Part shown: positions 13,900 through 27,830 of the stretch, piece after piece
Layout: each line of letters opens with the position of its first letter
Position numbering within the stretch: the first letter of the stretch is position 1
From: Leucoraja erinacea
Taxonomy: Eukaryota
Assembly (NCBI RefSeq): GCF_028641065.1
Contig: NW_026576125.1
Span: 62,001 to 126,000 of the forward strand
Direction: 5' to 3'
DNA length: 64,000 nt
Notes under the pieces: generated by a model
What the model was told of the DNA's origin: nothing
The model's database searches: none
The model's input: the letters and a program-made list of their open reading frames with translations, nothing else
Made by a program: the position numbers and the translations under genes

Positions 13900-15060
13900 T
13901 GGTGCATACTCATGACTGCTTACTCATGACTGTACTGCCAGACTCAACAATAATTATATCAATAAGTTCGCTGATGACACAACAGTGGTGGGTCTCATCA
14001 GTGACAACAATGAGTCGGCGTACAGGATGGAGGTGGAGCTGCTTACAGGGTGGTGCAGATTTCACAATCTCACCCTCAACGTGGAAAAGACAAAGGAGAT
14101 GGTGATCGATTTCAGGAGGGCTGGAAAACGCCATCACACTGCGCTGCGTATTGATGGTGCTGCTGTGGAGAGGGTCAGCAGTGTGAAGTTCTTGGGACTT
14201 CACCTAGCGGACGTCCTGACCTCAACGACCAACATCACAGCAGTCATCAAAAGAATACAGGAGCGACTCCACCCCTTCCGGAGACTAAGAAAAGCAGGTC
14301 TCCCCACTGTTCACGTAACGACCTTCTACAGGGGCACCATCGAGAGTATACTGACCTACGGCATCACTTCCTGGTTTGGGAGCTGCAAGGCTTATGAACA
14401 AAGACAACTTAACAGGATAGTGAAGACAGCCAATAGGATCATTGGTGCTCCACTCCCTTTCATAGAAACATAGAAACATAGAAAATAGGTGCAGGAGTAG
14501 GCCATTCAGCCCTTCTATCCTGCACCGCCATTCGATATGATCATGGCTGATCATCCAACTCAGTATCCCATCCCTGCCTTCTCTCCATACCCCCTGATCC
14601 CTTTAGCCACAAGGGCCACATCTAACTCTCTTTTAAATATAGCCAATGAACTGGCATCAAATACCTTCTGTGGCAGAGAGTTCCACAGATTCACCACTCT
14701 CTGTGTAAAAAATGATTTTCTCATCTCTTATCCTTAAAACTGTGACCCCTAGTTCTGGACTTCCCCAACATCGGGAACAATCTTCCTGCATCTAGCCTTT
14801 CCAACTCCTTAAGAATTTTGTAAGTTTCTATAAGATCCCCCCTCAATCTTCTAAATTCTAGCGTGTACAAGCCGAATCTCCTGTTGGAGATCTATCAGAA
14901 GCACAGCATCCGCAGAGCCATCTTCATTATTAAGGACCCTTATCACCCATAACACCACACCTTCTCCATTCATCCATCTGGGAAGAGGTACAGGAGAATC
15001 AGCTGCAGAACCAGCAGGATGCTACACAGCTTCTTCCCACAGGCAATACAACTGGTTAAC
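13900..15060 (+). mobile_element. Rex1/Babar-type LINE fragment interrupted by a minus-strand CR1 piece (~14460-14880)
   Basis: ORF 13985-14473 (LTLNVEKTKEMVIDFRR, KFLG.HL, FYRGTIESILT); the LINE resumes after the CR1 tail. Confidence 0.8.
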
Positions 15061-16414
15061 AGACTGTGTCCCTTCCCCAAACATCATGCACCAACACATC
15101 TAACCTCGTCCATAGTTTGACAGCTAGACACTTGTCAAGGCAAAGCCACCGTACGGTCTGAATGTCTGTTTTTAGTTCAATTTTTAGGTCTATTTTAGAT
15201 ATGTTAATTTTAAAGTTGTATATATTTATTCTGCTTTTATTAACTGCACTGACAGGAACTTATTGAGAAACAATTGTTCGTTTCTTCTGTGTATGTAAGC
15301 ACTCAGTGAAATGACATTAAAGTAAATACTGAATACTGAATACTGTAGCGAGTCTTTTAACTTGCCCTTGAATTCAGCATTTATGCTTCAAATTGGATTA
15401 GGTATGAATAAGGTTAGGCTAAATTACATTTCTAATTACATTCCACAGTAGCCAGGGTCTGATCAACAGGTGCAGCACCTGAATGACCATAGTATATTCA
15501 TGTAAGGAAATCAGATTATAATTCCTGCTGTTATGCATATATATATAGAGAGAGAAACAAAAACATAGAAACAAGGCAAGAGGAGTCAGACTTCCATCAC
15601 TGTTCTGCACAAATAAACCAATCAACCTTACCCTTTGACTATAGAAACAAGACAAAAATAATGCCACATATTCAACCGCATATGGTTCAATGAAATTAAG
15701 ATATATATGTAAAATATATATATCGAAACAGGCCCTTCGGCCCACCAAGTACACACCGACCAGCAATCTACCATACACCAGTTGTATCCTACATGGACAA
15801 TTTACAGAAGCCAATTAACCTACAAACCTACACTTGTTTCGGATGTGGGAGAAACCGGAATATCCAGAGAAACCCATGTGGTCACAGGGAGAATGTACAA
15901 ATACTGCACAGCCAGCACCCGTAGTCAGGATCAAATCTGGGTCTGTGGTGCTGCAAGGCAGCAACTACCGCTGCGCCACCGTGCCACCCAATTCATTTTT
16001 TTCCCTGTAATATTTATTTATTATAGTGTCAGGTCAATAAAGATGAACATATGATTCTGATTTCTGCCCTTAGTTGGATAACGCACATCTCCAGCCATTG
16101 TGTTTTCTGGCTGGTTTTCAACCTCTTCAGTCTAATGGTCTCAACCCAAAACATCACATATTCTTTCTCTCCAGAGATGCTGCCTGTCCTGCTGAGTTAT
16201 TCCAGCTTTTAGTGTCTATCTTCAGTTGAAACCACCTTCTACAGTTCCTTCTTACACTCTTTGTTAAGCGAAACAGGTCCTATTCTCATAATATTATTCA
16301 CTTCAACTAAGTCTTTTCTTCACCTCCGTTGCTGCAGAGAATACAATCCCAGTTATCAAATCTTTCTTCAAAGTGAAAAAAAATATTCCAGCTTTGCCAA
16401 TATGTTCATAAATC

Positions 16415-16890
16415 ATAGAAACATAGAAAATAAGTGCAGGAGTAGGCCATTCGGCCCTTCGAGCCTGCACCGCCATTCAATATGATCATGGCTGATCATC
16501 CAACTCAGTATTGTGTACCTGCCTCCTCTCCATACCCCCTGATCCCTTTAGCCACAAGGGCCACATCTAACGCCCTCTTAAATATAGCCAATGAACTGGC
16601 CTCAACTACATTCTATGGCAGAGAATTCCAGAGATTCACCACTCTCTGTGTGAAAAATGTTTTTCTCATCTCGGTCCTAAAAGATTTCCCCTTTATCCTT
16701 AAACTGTGACCCCTTGTTCTGGACTTCCCCAACATCGGGAACAATCTTCCTGCATCTAGCCTGTCCAACCCCTTAAGAATTTTGTAAATTTCTATAAGAT
16801 CCCCCCTCAATCTTCTAAATTCTAGCGAGTACAAGCCAAGTCTATCCAGTCTTTCTTCATCTGAAAGTCCTAACATCCCAGGAATCAAAT
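16415..16890 (-). mobile_element. CR1-type LINE 3' fragment
   Basis: ORF 16613-16921: RLRGDLIE...TRGHSLRIKG. Confidence 0.9.
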
Positions 16891-17204
16891 CACCCCTGGA
16901 TCCTCTCCAGAGCAATTGCACCCTTTCTAGTGTGTCAACATAGTCTTACAGCATGGAAACAGGCCCTGCATCCCAACTTGTCCATGCAGATGAAGATGCC
17001 CCATCTAAATTAGTCCCATTTATCCACATTTGGCCCATTTCCCTTTAAACCTTGTGTGTGCCAGTGTGTGTTAGGTTATGTGTGAGAGTGTGTGTCAGTG
17101 AAACGGCGACAACACCTGGAGTGTTGGAGACTTGAAGATGTCCGGGGAGCTTTTCCCTCTCTCCCCCACTCCGCGGGTATGTGGGCCGGCCCAAGTGCTC
17201 TGTG

Positions 17205-17520
17205 TCCGGGGGAGGTGAGGGTCAGTGACCCTGGGGTCCGGGGGAGGTGAGGGACAGTGACCCTGGGGTCCGGGGGAGGTGAGGGTCAGTGACCCTGGGG
17301 TTTGGGGAAGGTGAGGGACAGTGACCCGGGGGGTCCGGGGGAGGTTGGGTCAGTGACCCTGGGGTCCGGGGGAGGTGAGGGTCAGTGACCCTGGGGTCCG
17401 GGGGAGGTGAGGGTCAGTGACCCTGGGGTCCGGGGGAGGGGTGAGGGTCAGTGACCCGGGGGAGGTGAGGGTCAGTGACCCTGGGGTCGGGGGAGGTGAG
17501 GGACAGTGACCCGGGGGTCG
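17205..17520 (+). repeat. G-rich minisatellite, ~31-32-bp unit, about 10 copies
   Basis: Tandem gtccgggggaggtgagggtcagtgaccctggg variants. Confidence 0.9.
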
Positions 17521-18711
17521 GGCATCGGAGCGGAGCCTTAGCCTGAGATTCATCCCTGCAGCTCCGGAGGGGGCACGGACGACCCCACTCACCCGCTCCG
17601 CTCCTGGCTCCGTGCCGGGGTTAAAACTCCACGTGGTGTGGACAGAGTGGCCACTAGACACAGAACCGCCGGGGGTGAGGGTGGGAGGTGTGAGCGGTGC
17701 CTCAGGGGTCAGTGCTGGGACCACCGCCGTGTCTCACCTATCACACCATCTGCACGGGAATGTGAACGGGGGAAAGGCAGCATCTATAGAGCGGTAGCCA
17801 CAAATGCTGGAGAAATGCTTGAATCTGAAGAAGGATCAAACTCAGATGTAGATGCTGCCTCACCCGCTGAGTTTCTCCAGCATTTTTGTCCACATTGCCA
17901 TTTTAAAGAGCATGCGATGGGCTTAATCCAATTGAACCCGCCGACAGAAAACTATTCTTATTGGTGAGTGTGGAGGAGTGTGACTTTATTTATTTATGTA
18001 TATATATTTAAAGATTTATTTGAGCATGAGAACTTCCACCATCAACGTGAGAGAGTGAGAATTGTGTCATATGCATGAGAGTTGGCAGCCCTGAGATATA
18101 GAGATTACATACATATTGTCTCTATTACATTGTTGGACATAAGGCAGCCACTCGTGTTTGGTGAGTTAACCTGGTGTTGAGGTGCAATCTGGCTCTCCTG
18201 ATCAGACTCTGTGACCCTGGGAAGATGGGGTCCGTGGGTGGGCCAGCATGTGACCCTGGGGAGGATGGGCCCCGGAGATTGGGCAGCGTGGGGCCCAGGA
18301 GATGGGACAGTGAAAGCGCGGGTTGATGGGCAGTGAAAGCCCGGGAGGATGGGCTCCAGAAGATGGGACCATGTGTGACCTCGGAAGTATGGGGCTCGGG
18401 GGTATCAGACGTGGTCAAGTGTGCTTTAACAGTTTTACATTTATCTTAATACTATTATTACAACAGGTTATCAGGGCTCTCACTTAACTTTTTTTCTCTG
18501 ATGCCAGCCGGGCAACCTTGGCAGCTTTTTAGGTTGCCAAATGACAGTTTAAGATGACTTGCATGACGTGTGCGATAATGTGCTCGGACGAAGTGTGTAG
18601 TTACCAGTCGGAATTATGCTCAATGAAGCATTCACATATTATTTCTGCTTCAAATAAAGTCACAAACTAACCATATTCACCAATCAAGACATGATATATC
18701 CCACAATGACA

Positions 18712-19160
18712 TATAACCATATAACCATATAACAATTGCAGCACGGAAACAGGCCATCTCGGCCCTACAAGTCCGTGCCGAACAAATTTTTTTCCCCTTA
18801 GTCCCACCTGCCTGCACTCATACCATAACCCTCCATTCCCTTCTCATCCATATGTTTATCCAATTTATTTTTAAATTATACCAATGAACCTGCCTCCACC
18901 ACTTCCACTGGAAGCTCATTCCACACCGCTACCACTCTCTGAGTAAAGAAGTTCCCCTCATATTACCCCTAAACTTCTGTCCCTTAATTCTGAAGTCATG
19001 TCCTCTTGTTTGAATCTTCCCTATTCTCAAAGGGAAAAGCTTGTCCACATCAACTCTGTCTATCCCTCTCATCATTTTAAAGACCTCTATCAAGTCCCCC
19101 CTTAACCTTCTGCGCTCCAGAGAATAAAGACCTAACTTATTCAACCTATCTCTGTAACAT
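18712..19160 (-). mobile_element. CR1-type LINE 3' fragment
   Basis: ORF 18929-19216 carries the CR1 C-terminus; (ataaccat)n tail. Confidence 0.9.
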
Positions 19161-19259
19161 GCTGCAAAATTACAATGCAGTATCTCAACTCTTTTTATAC
19201 GTTGCAATGAATGCAATTTCTATTATTTCTTTCCACTTCCAAACAAAAATCTGGTTGGA

Positions 19260-20420
19260 TTATTCAGCGTATGATCAACCTTGGTGAGACCAAGCGCAGG
19301 CTTGGCGATCACTTCGCACAACACCTCCACTCAATTCGCAATAACCAACCTGATCGCCCGGTGGCTCAGCACTTCAATTCCCACTCCCATTCCGAATCCG
19401 ACCTTTCAGTCCTGGGCCACCTGGCCAGAGTGAGGCCCACCGCAAATTGGAGGAGCAGCACCTCATATTTCTCTTGGGTAGCTTACCCTGCAGCGGTATG
19501 AACATTGGCTTCTCCGATTTCAGGTAGTCCTTGCTTTCTCCCTCCTTCCCCTCCCATTCCCAGCTCTCCCACAGTCTACTGTCTCCGCCTCTTCCTTTCT
19601 TCCCCCCCCCCCTTCTCCAGACATCAGTCTGAAGAAGGGTATCGACCTGAGATGTCACGTATTCCTTCGCTCCATAGATGCTGCCTCACCCACTAATTTT
19701 CTCAAAATTTGTCTATGAACCCACCAATGGCCACATCTTCTCATCTCCTCCCCTGTCGGATTTACGCAGAGACCGCTCCCTCCATAACTCCCTGGTCAGT
19801 TTGTCCCTTCTCACCCAAACCACCCTCTCTCCTGGCACTTTCACTTGCAACTGCCGGAATAGCTACACTTGTCGCTTTACCTCCCCCTTTGACTCCATTC
19901 AAGGTCCCAAGCAGTCTTTCCAGGTGCGGCAGAGGTTCACCTGCACCTCCTGCAACCTCATGTATAACATCCGCAGCTCTAGATGTCAGCTGATCTACAT
20001 CGGTGAGACCAAGCGTGGGCTTGGCAATCGCTTCGCCCAGCACCTCCGCACGGTTCGCAATAACCAACCTGATCTCCCTGTGGCTCAGCACTTCAACTCC
20101 CCCTCCCATTCCAAATCTGACCTTTCTGTCCTTGGCCTCCTCCATGGCCAGAGTGAGGCCCACCGTAAATTGGAGCAGAAGCACCTCATATTTCATTTGG
20201 GCAGTTTACACTCCAGTGGTATGAACATTGACCACCAATTTCAGGTAGTCCCTGCTTTCTCCTCCGCTTTCCAGCTCTCCCTCAGCCCACTGTCTCCGCC
20301 TTTTCCTTTCTTCTTCCCCCCCCCCCCCCCCACCCCCCCCACCCTCACATCTGTCTGGTCTCAACCCGAAATGTCGCCTATTTCCTTTGCTCCATAGATG
20401 CTGCCTCACCCGCTGAGTTT
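19260..20420 (+). mobile_element. Two tandem Penelope-like 3' fragments (GIY-YIG endonuclease plus terminal repeat)
   Basis: LMY.IR.SRCQLIYIGETKR.LG.RFAQH...VAQHFN, each followed by the terminal repeat. Confidence 0.88.
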
Positions 20421-21692
20421 CTCCAGCATTTTCGTCTACCCATTCACACAAGTTCAGTTATCCCACTTTCCTCACCCACTCCCTACACATTAGGGGCAAT
20501 TTTACAGACAAGTTAACATACAAAGCCAATGCGGCTTTGGGATGTTGGAGGAAACCCACATGCTTGCAGGGAGAATGTGCAAATTCAACACAGATAGTGC
20601 CCGAGGACAGGATCAAACACAGATCTCTGGTGTGTGAGGCAACAAGTCCACCAGCTGTGCCACTATATATTTTTTTCCAACACACAAAAAATTATACTTT
20701 GATAACTTTGGTTACTAAAAGAAAGGAACTATCCATTTTCAGTCTTAAATCTCTAAGTTACGCTATGTCCCCCGTCACAGCTACTGTATGTTTTAATTCA
20801 GTTCAAGACCATGGGGCAGTACATTGGCCATAAAGTTGCTGCCTAAAATTGCCAGAGACCCGGAATTGATCCTGAATATGGGTACTGTCTGTATGGAGTT
20901 TGCTCCTTTTCCCGTTTTCTCCAGGTGCTCTTGTTTCCTTCCACATTCGAAAGGTGTGTAGGAACCTTTTGCAGACTCAACCCATCATGTAATATTTTCC
21001 TTTTGTCCAGAGATTCTGTCTGACCTGTTGAGTTACTCCAGCTTTTTGTGTCTATCTTCAGTTTAAACCAGGATCTGCAATTCCTTCCTACACACACGAT
21101 ACTATACGATAGAACTTTATTAATCCCAGGATATATATGTATATATCGTATATATATAACATCTCGTTTATAACAGAGTACTATATTTACATATTCTGTT
21201 GTGCTGCTGCAAGTAAGGATTTCATTGTTCTAACTGGGACGTGAGAGAATAAAACACTCTTGACTCTCATTGCTAATATGTAAGATAGAACTAGTGTATG
21301 GGTGATCGGTGGTCGGCGTGGGCCGAAGGGCCTGTTTCCACGCTGTATCTTTAAATTAAACTAAAAACATTAAAACCAGAGGAAATCTAAAGAAGGGTCT
21401 CTACCCGAAACGTCACCCAATTTCTTCCATTCAGAGATGATGGCTGCTCCATGCAGTCCCCCCGCACAATTAAAGTATGGAATAGTCTTCACCCTACCAT
21501 AGTTACCCAACCAGACGCAACTAAATTTAAGGTAGCTCTTTTTTGCCAAGAGCCCTTTTTTGCTTCAGTCCAAGTCAAGATTCAAGAGTTTTATTGTCAT
21601 GTGTTCCAGATAGGACAATACAATTCTTGCTTGCTGCAGCACAACAGAACATGTAAACATAATACAGAACAGGAGATAAAGTTCAGAGTGCC

Positions 21693-22534
21693 TATAGGGT
21701 GATTTCACGAAAGGTCACTGGATAATAGATCCTCACCCACGTGACCGCAAAATCCAACTGAGGTACAAGCGTCACTTCCGGTACATGTTATTGATGCTGA
21801 AAACGCGCACTTTCACACCCGTTAAAAACCGCGAAAACGGCCCGTTTTTGAGCTGTAAATAACTGTGCCAGTCGGGGTGACCGTGAGGCACAGTTATCTT
21901 ACTTTACAGTCCAGAAGATAGATATAAACGAAGGTAAATACAAGAGAGAACTGAAGGGGCAACAACAGCGGAAGTGGCCAGCGGAACATTCGCCGTGGAG
22001 ATATAAAGATAGAAAATATCGGGAATTATCGCGTTTGCTCGCTGCATTTCATCAAAAGTAAGGCATTATTGACGTTTTATCTTTATTCATTTGTTATATG
22101 AAAAGTAAAAGTGAAAAATTCGTCAGTAAATTTGCAAAATCGCCCATGGTTCTCAGGTGGGTTTTAACATGCAAAATGAAAACGCTTCTGAAGCTACATT
22201 TACCATTTAAATAATCGTAATCTATCAATGCGTTTTGAAATAAATTTTACTCAGATGCAAGCTAAATTTTACTCAGATGTCAGCTGTTAATTGGACAAAA
22301 TCAGGACATTTAATTATTTGCCAAATTATATTTCTCAATGTTTCGTGCTTAAAGCCTGCACCGGCTTGTCTGTTATTAGATGATAAATAAATAAGTAGTT
22401 TGGGTGATTGTGCAGGCTTTAAACAAGAAACATTGAGAAATATATTTTGGCAAATAATTAAATGTCCAAAAAACACTACATAGAAGAAGAAGAAGGATCT
22501 ATGCTCCAGTGACCTTTCGTGAAATCACCCTATA
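21693..22534. mobile_element. Non-autonomous DNA transposon (MITE) with ~30-bp TIRs
   Basis: TATAGGGTGATTTCACGAAAGGTCACTGGA ... TCCAGTGACCTTTCGTGAAATCACCCTATA. Confidence 0.88.
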
Positions 22535-23429
22535 TACTATAGCCCATATAGTGGTTTATGGTATATAGCAGAGTATATAGTGCAGTGGCAGTGCGCATGA
22601 GTAAGGCAGCTGGCAGGGCCAAAGATCTTATAGCGGAGCTCTGCTCTGCGCCAAAGGTTATAGAGGAGCAAGATTGACCACTTCTCGAAAAACGCTTAGT
22701 ATGACGTGTGTGATCGTCGACGCCATTTTTTGAGGCATTTTATTGGGCTTCCCCCACACTGTCATGGCGTCCTTATCTAAATCTTCATCTCACTGCTCTG
22801 CTATCAGTTGTTCTAACCGTAAATCTAAACGACCCGACCTGTCATTCTTTAGGTTCCACAATAAAAAAGAAAGGTGAGAAAATATTTTTATTATTTTCAG
22901 TCGATATTCTGTCGTGAAAATGTTATTTTCTGTTCTCCCATCAACAGCCATTGGGGAACTGGGTTTGTCGGTACATTAGAAAGTTATTAGACTTATTTTC
23001 AATAGATCTTTTCTTACCATAATAATAAAGACAATGTTAACACTTCTGTACGTTTTTGGTTTTGTTCTTGTAAGGGATTGGTCTCCACAATATGGCCCGC
23101 GGGACACATTAGGTACAGTGACCAGGAGATTTTTTGAGCTCAGATTCATGTCCGAGAATGGGCGGCTGTTACCCATTATATTCCTCGAACATAGGGACAT
23201 AGCAAACAACACTCACATACATACAAGACATCACAAGCAAAGATCACAAGCCCGCCGTGAAGAAGGGTGCAATCAAATATTATACAACTCTGCTCTATCA
23301 TCTTAGGGTGCAATGGTGGGCCAGCGGGTTCGGTGGTGGCGGCCGCAATCAAAGATACTAGAGGAGCTCTGCTCTATAATCTTTGGTCGTAATGGGACGG
23401 CTGCGCGTTATAATGTGCTATCGTTCCAC

Positions 23430-23800
23430 TCTCCCTCTCCCTCTTCCCCCTTCTCCCTCTCCCCTTCTCCCTCTCCCCCTCCCTCCCCTTCTCCCTCTCC
23501 CCTTCTCCCTCTCCCCTTCTCCCTGTCCCCCTTCTCCCTCCCCCCCTTCTCCCTCCCACCCTTCTCCCTCTCCCCATTTTCCCCTTCTCCCTCCCCCTTC
23601 TCCCTCTCCCCCTTTTCCCTCTCCCCCCTACTCCCTCTCTTCTCTCGATCTCTCTCTCCCCTCCTCTCGATCTCTTGCTCCCCTCTCTTCTCTCGATCTC
23701 TCTCTCCCCTCTCTTCTCTCCATCTCTCTCTCCCTCTCTTCTCTCCATCTCCCTCCCTTCCCTCTCTCCCTCCCTTCCCTCTCTCCCTCCCTTACCTCTT
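23430..23800. repeat. CT-rich low-complexity tract
   Basis: Runs of (ctccccttctccct)n and (ct)n. Confidence 0.95.
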
Positions 23801-24319
23801 CGTGAGAGTTGGCAGCTCTGCTATGCCTTGGGTCCAAAAGAGGATAGAAAGAAAATACTTAATGGTCTTTGTAAGAAGATTTTAATAAGCTCTTCTACAT
23901 TTAAGGTAAATTGACATATTAGAGGCAAAAAGCATCTTCAATATACAGGTCTCTCCACACAACTGAAAACAATTGCATTTAAGTAATATATCATCCATTG
24001 TTCAGGCATGTAGCACTAGGTTACAATAAACTTCCTACATATTCCAGGAATGCATCTCATAAAAATGGGAGAGGCTTAAATGCATTGTAAAATCATAAAT
24101 ACATGTTGACTTGGACTAATCCTTTTACTGCTATCCAAATGCCCCATTATTACATCTTTAATAATTGACTCCAGCATCTTTCACAACACCAAAGTCAGGC
24201 TAACTGGTCTGTAATTCCCCGTTTTCTCTCTCGCTCCTTTCTTGAAAAGTGGGATAGCATTAGCTATCCTCCAATCCACAGGAACTGATCATAAATCTAC
24301 TGATCGTTGGAAAATGATC

Positions 24320-24600
24320 ATATGTATAAATATATATGTATGTGTATATATGCATGTATGTGTATGTATGCATGTATATGTATATATGTGTATATATGTA
24401 TGTATATATATGTTTATATGTGTGTATGTATGCATATAAATGTATCCATATGCGTGTATTTGTATGTGTGCATAGGTATGTGTATACGTATGTATGTATG
24501 TGTATATATGTATGTGTATATATATGTGTGTATATAAATATATATATATATATGCATATATATATTATTACTATATAATTATATATATATATAAGCCTTT
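24320..24600. repeat. (TA)/(TG)/(TATG) microsatellite
   Basis: Seen directly in the sequence. Confidence 0.95.
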
Positions 24601-25204
24601 ATGGTTCATGCACATCATCTTACAAGACAAATAAATTAATAGTGATTATTTAAATCAAAGTTGCATCTGATCCATGAGAATCAACTTAATTATCTCTAAC
24701 TTGCCTCTCACACACAGACACACATACATATAAATATATAAAATATGTATACGTTAAATTTAACTTTGTGCTGTGTGTGTTAAAGCAATACAAGGGAAAC
24801 TGCACAATACAATGCAAGGGAAACTACGCAAAGGAGGGGGCTGTTCCCGCTACAAGATACTCGAGAATCTTTGCTTTGGATCAAAGATTATAGAGGAGTT
24901 CTATAATCTTTGCTTTTGATCACAGCGGGTAGCATACCGGAAGTCGCGTGTCGCATTAAAAAATGGCGGCCGCGATGTTCCGTCACGTACTACACGCCAG
25001 TCCATTGGATTTCGGAGGAGTGGTCTATCTTGCTCCTCTAGGATCTTTGCTCCTGCCTGTTTGGATCAAGCATCCTCAGTGGGACTCAGGTACACCCCCA
25101 GATAGAGGAGGTGCGTGGTGCTCCACGCAAACATTGCCATCTCCTCCGGCAGGGAGTCCACCTGCCACTGACCCACTAAAAGTCCAGAGCACTTACTCCA
25201 ATTA

Positions 25205-25826
25205 ATCCTGGCAGAAGATGCAGCCCAGAAGCTGGGATGTAATGTTAAAATTGTACAAGGCATTGGTGAGACCAAATCTGGAGTATGGTGTACAATTTTG
25301 GTCGCCAAATTATAGGAAGGATGTCAACAAAATAGAGAGAGTACAGAGGAGATTTACTAGAATGTTGCCTGGGTTTCAACAACTAAGTTACAGAGATAGG
25401 TTGAATGTTAGGTCTTTATTCTCTGGAGCGCAGAAGGTTAAGGGGGGACCTGATAGAGGTCTTTAAAATGATGAGAGGGATAGACAGAGTTGATGTGGAC
25501 AAGCTTTTCCCTTTGAGAATAGGGAAGATTCAAACAAGAGGACATGACTTCAGAATTAAGGGACAGAAGTTTAGGGGTAATATGAGGGGGAACTTCTTTA
25601 CGCAGAGTGGTGGCGGTGTGGAATGAGCTCCCAGTGGAAGTGGTGGAGGCAGGTTCATTGGTATCATTTAAAAATAAATTGGATAGGCATATGGATGAGA
25701 AGGGAATGGATGGTTATGGTACGAGTGCAGGCAGGTGGGACTAAGGGGAAAAAAATTTGTTCGGCATGGACTTGTAGGGCCGAGATGGCCTGTTTCCGTG
25801 CTGTAATTGTTATATGGTTATATGGT
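25205..25826 (+). mobile_element. CR1-type LINE 3' fragment
   Basis: LYKALVRPNLEYGVQFWSP...RLRGDLIEVFK; (tatatggt)n tail. Confidence 0.9.
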
Positions 25827-27060
25827 TATATCTTCTGGCAATCACGCATCCTCCGCAGGTCACCAGGATCGGTGAACATAAGGAGTACATCATCGGCATA
25901 TGCCGAAAGAACCACCTCCACACCCGGGCCAGGTAGGGCCAGGCCTGTCAATCTCCTCCAAAGAAGACACAGGAACGCTCCACACAGTCCGAGAACAACT
26001 GACCTGACATGGGGCACCCCTGACGGACCCCCCTCCCAAAATGAAAGGGAGCCAACAACGCACCATTCACCTTCACAAGGCACTCCACTGCAGCATACAA
26101 AAGCCAGACCCTGGGCCACAAAATGCGGTCCAAATCCAAACGCTTGCAACATCCCGAAGAGGTATTCATGCTCTACCCTATCAAAAGCCTTCTCCTGATC
26201 AAGAGAAAGAGAAGCAGCTGACTGACCAGTACCCTGGGCTAGATGAATCAGGTCCCTAACCAGGTGGATGTTATCCTGAATGGACCGGCCAGGGGCTGTG
26301 TAGGACTGGTCAGGATGAATCAGTTGAGACAGCATGGAGCCCATGCAATTCGCCATAGCCCGTGCAAGAACTTTGTACTCTGTACATAGGAGAGAGACCG
26401 GGCACCAGTACTTCACCAAGCGGAGTTCCCCCTTCTTGGGCAGCAGGACAACAACTGCTCTACGCCACGAGAGGGGCATCTCCCCTGTCGCCAGGCTCTC
26501 CCCCAGAACCAACATGTAGTCACCCCCAGGATATCCCAGAAAGTTATAACATACTTTGCCGTCAACCCATCCAGCCCGGGGGACTTACCCCTCCTGAGCT
26601 GATGCAGTGCACGAGTCAACTCCTCCAAAGATAAGGAGCCATCAAGAAGATCAGCCACCTCCCTTTCTACAGTTGGTGGGCCCTCCCACAGGTCCTGCTG
26701 AGCCTCCCCGCTGAATCCACCTGTGGAGAACAGGGACCCGTAAAAGGACCTGACCAGGGCACTAATCCTCTCCGGATCAGTGACAGAGGAGCCATCGTCT
26801 GCGAGAATCTCTACGACCTGTTTGCGGGCTCCCCGCCCTTTCTCCAGAGAGAAAAAGAAAGGTGAAGCTCAGTTCAGATCGTGCAGCATCTGGACCCGCA
26901 ACCTCACGTAAGCGCCTCGGGACCGCTCAAGTTGCAGGTTCCTCAAGGCTTCCTTCTTCTCCTGAATTCCGCATTCACAGGAGTCATCACTAAACTGACC
27001 CAGGTGAGACTCTGCGTCCAGTAGCTCCCTCTCAAGCCTCTCGACCGCAGAGTCCTGCCG
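25826..27060 (-). mobile_element. L1/Tx1-clade LINE RT fragment
   Basis: KSPGLDGL, LLPKKG..., PVSLLCT.YKVLA, IHPDQS, SLDQEKAFDRVEH, GVRQGCP.SG, SAYADDV. Confidence 0.88.
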
Positions 27061-27499
27061 TCCGGTCGACCCCCACGTGTATTCCTTATGTGTATTCCTT
27101 ACCTGAAATTGGAGAGTTCAATGTTCATACCGCTATTTCAGGAAGTCCTTGCTTTCTCACTCTTTCCCCTCCCTTCCCAGCTCTCCCACAGCCCACAACC
27201 CACTGTCCCCGTCTCTTCCTTTCTTCTCCCCCCCCCCCCACACTTCAGTCTGAGGAAGGGTCTCGACCTGAAACATCACCTATTCCTTCACTCCGTAGAT
27301 GCTGCCTCACCCACTGAGTTTCTCCAGCATTTTGTCTACCGTTCGTGTCTAAACCCATGACTATAAGCTTCAGGGAAGAGCATCTGCTGACTTTACCTGG
27401 TCTTGTTATGTGACTCCAGGCCCCCAGTTATGTAGCCGACCCGTATCAGCTCTGAAATGGCCCTGGGAAACATCCAGTTCAAAGGCAGTTGTGGACGGG

Positions 27500-27830
27500 A
27501 AATAAATGTTAGTTCACTTCACTTGCACCTCCTCCAACCTCATCTACTGTATCCACTGTTCAAGGTGTGGACTCTTACACATCTGCGAGACCAAACGTAG
27601 ACTGGGCGATCGTTTCGCTGAACACCTTCGCTCAGTCCGCCTGGACCAACCTGATCTCCCAGTTGCCAAACACTTTAATTCCCCATCCCATTCCCACACT
27701 GACCTGTCTGTCCTGGACCTCCTCCACTGTCAGAGTGAGATGAAACACAAATTGGAGGAACAGCATCTCATATTTCACTTGGACAGCTTACAACCCAGCA
27801 GTATGAATATTGATTTCATGAATTGTTTCC
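27500..27830 (+). mobile_element. Penelope-like GIY-YIG fragment
   Basis: NLIYCIHCSRCGLL.I.ETKRRLGDRFAEH...VAKHFN. Confidence 0.85.

Noticed and set aside
23313-23914. Long Pro/Ser- or Arg/Gly/Glu-rich ORFs; also Y/V/C/M-rich ORFs at 24242-24578
   Set aside because: These are translations of low-complexity and microsatellite DNA.
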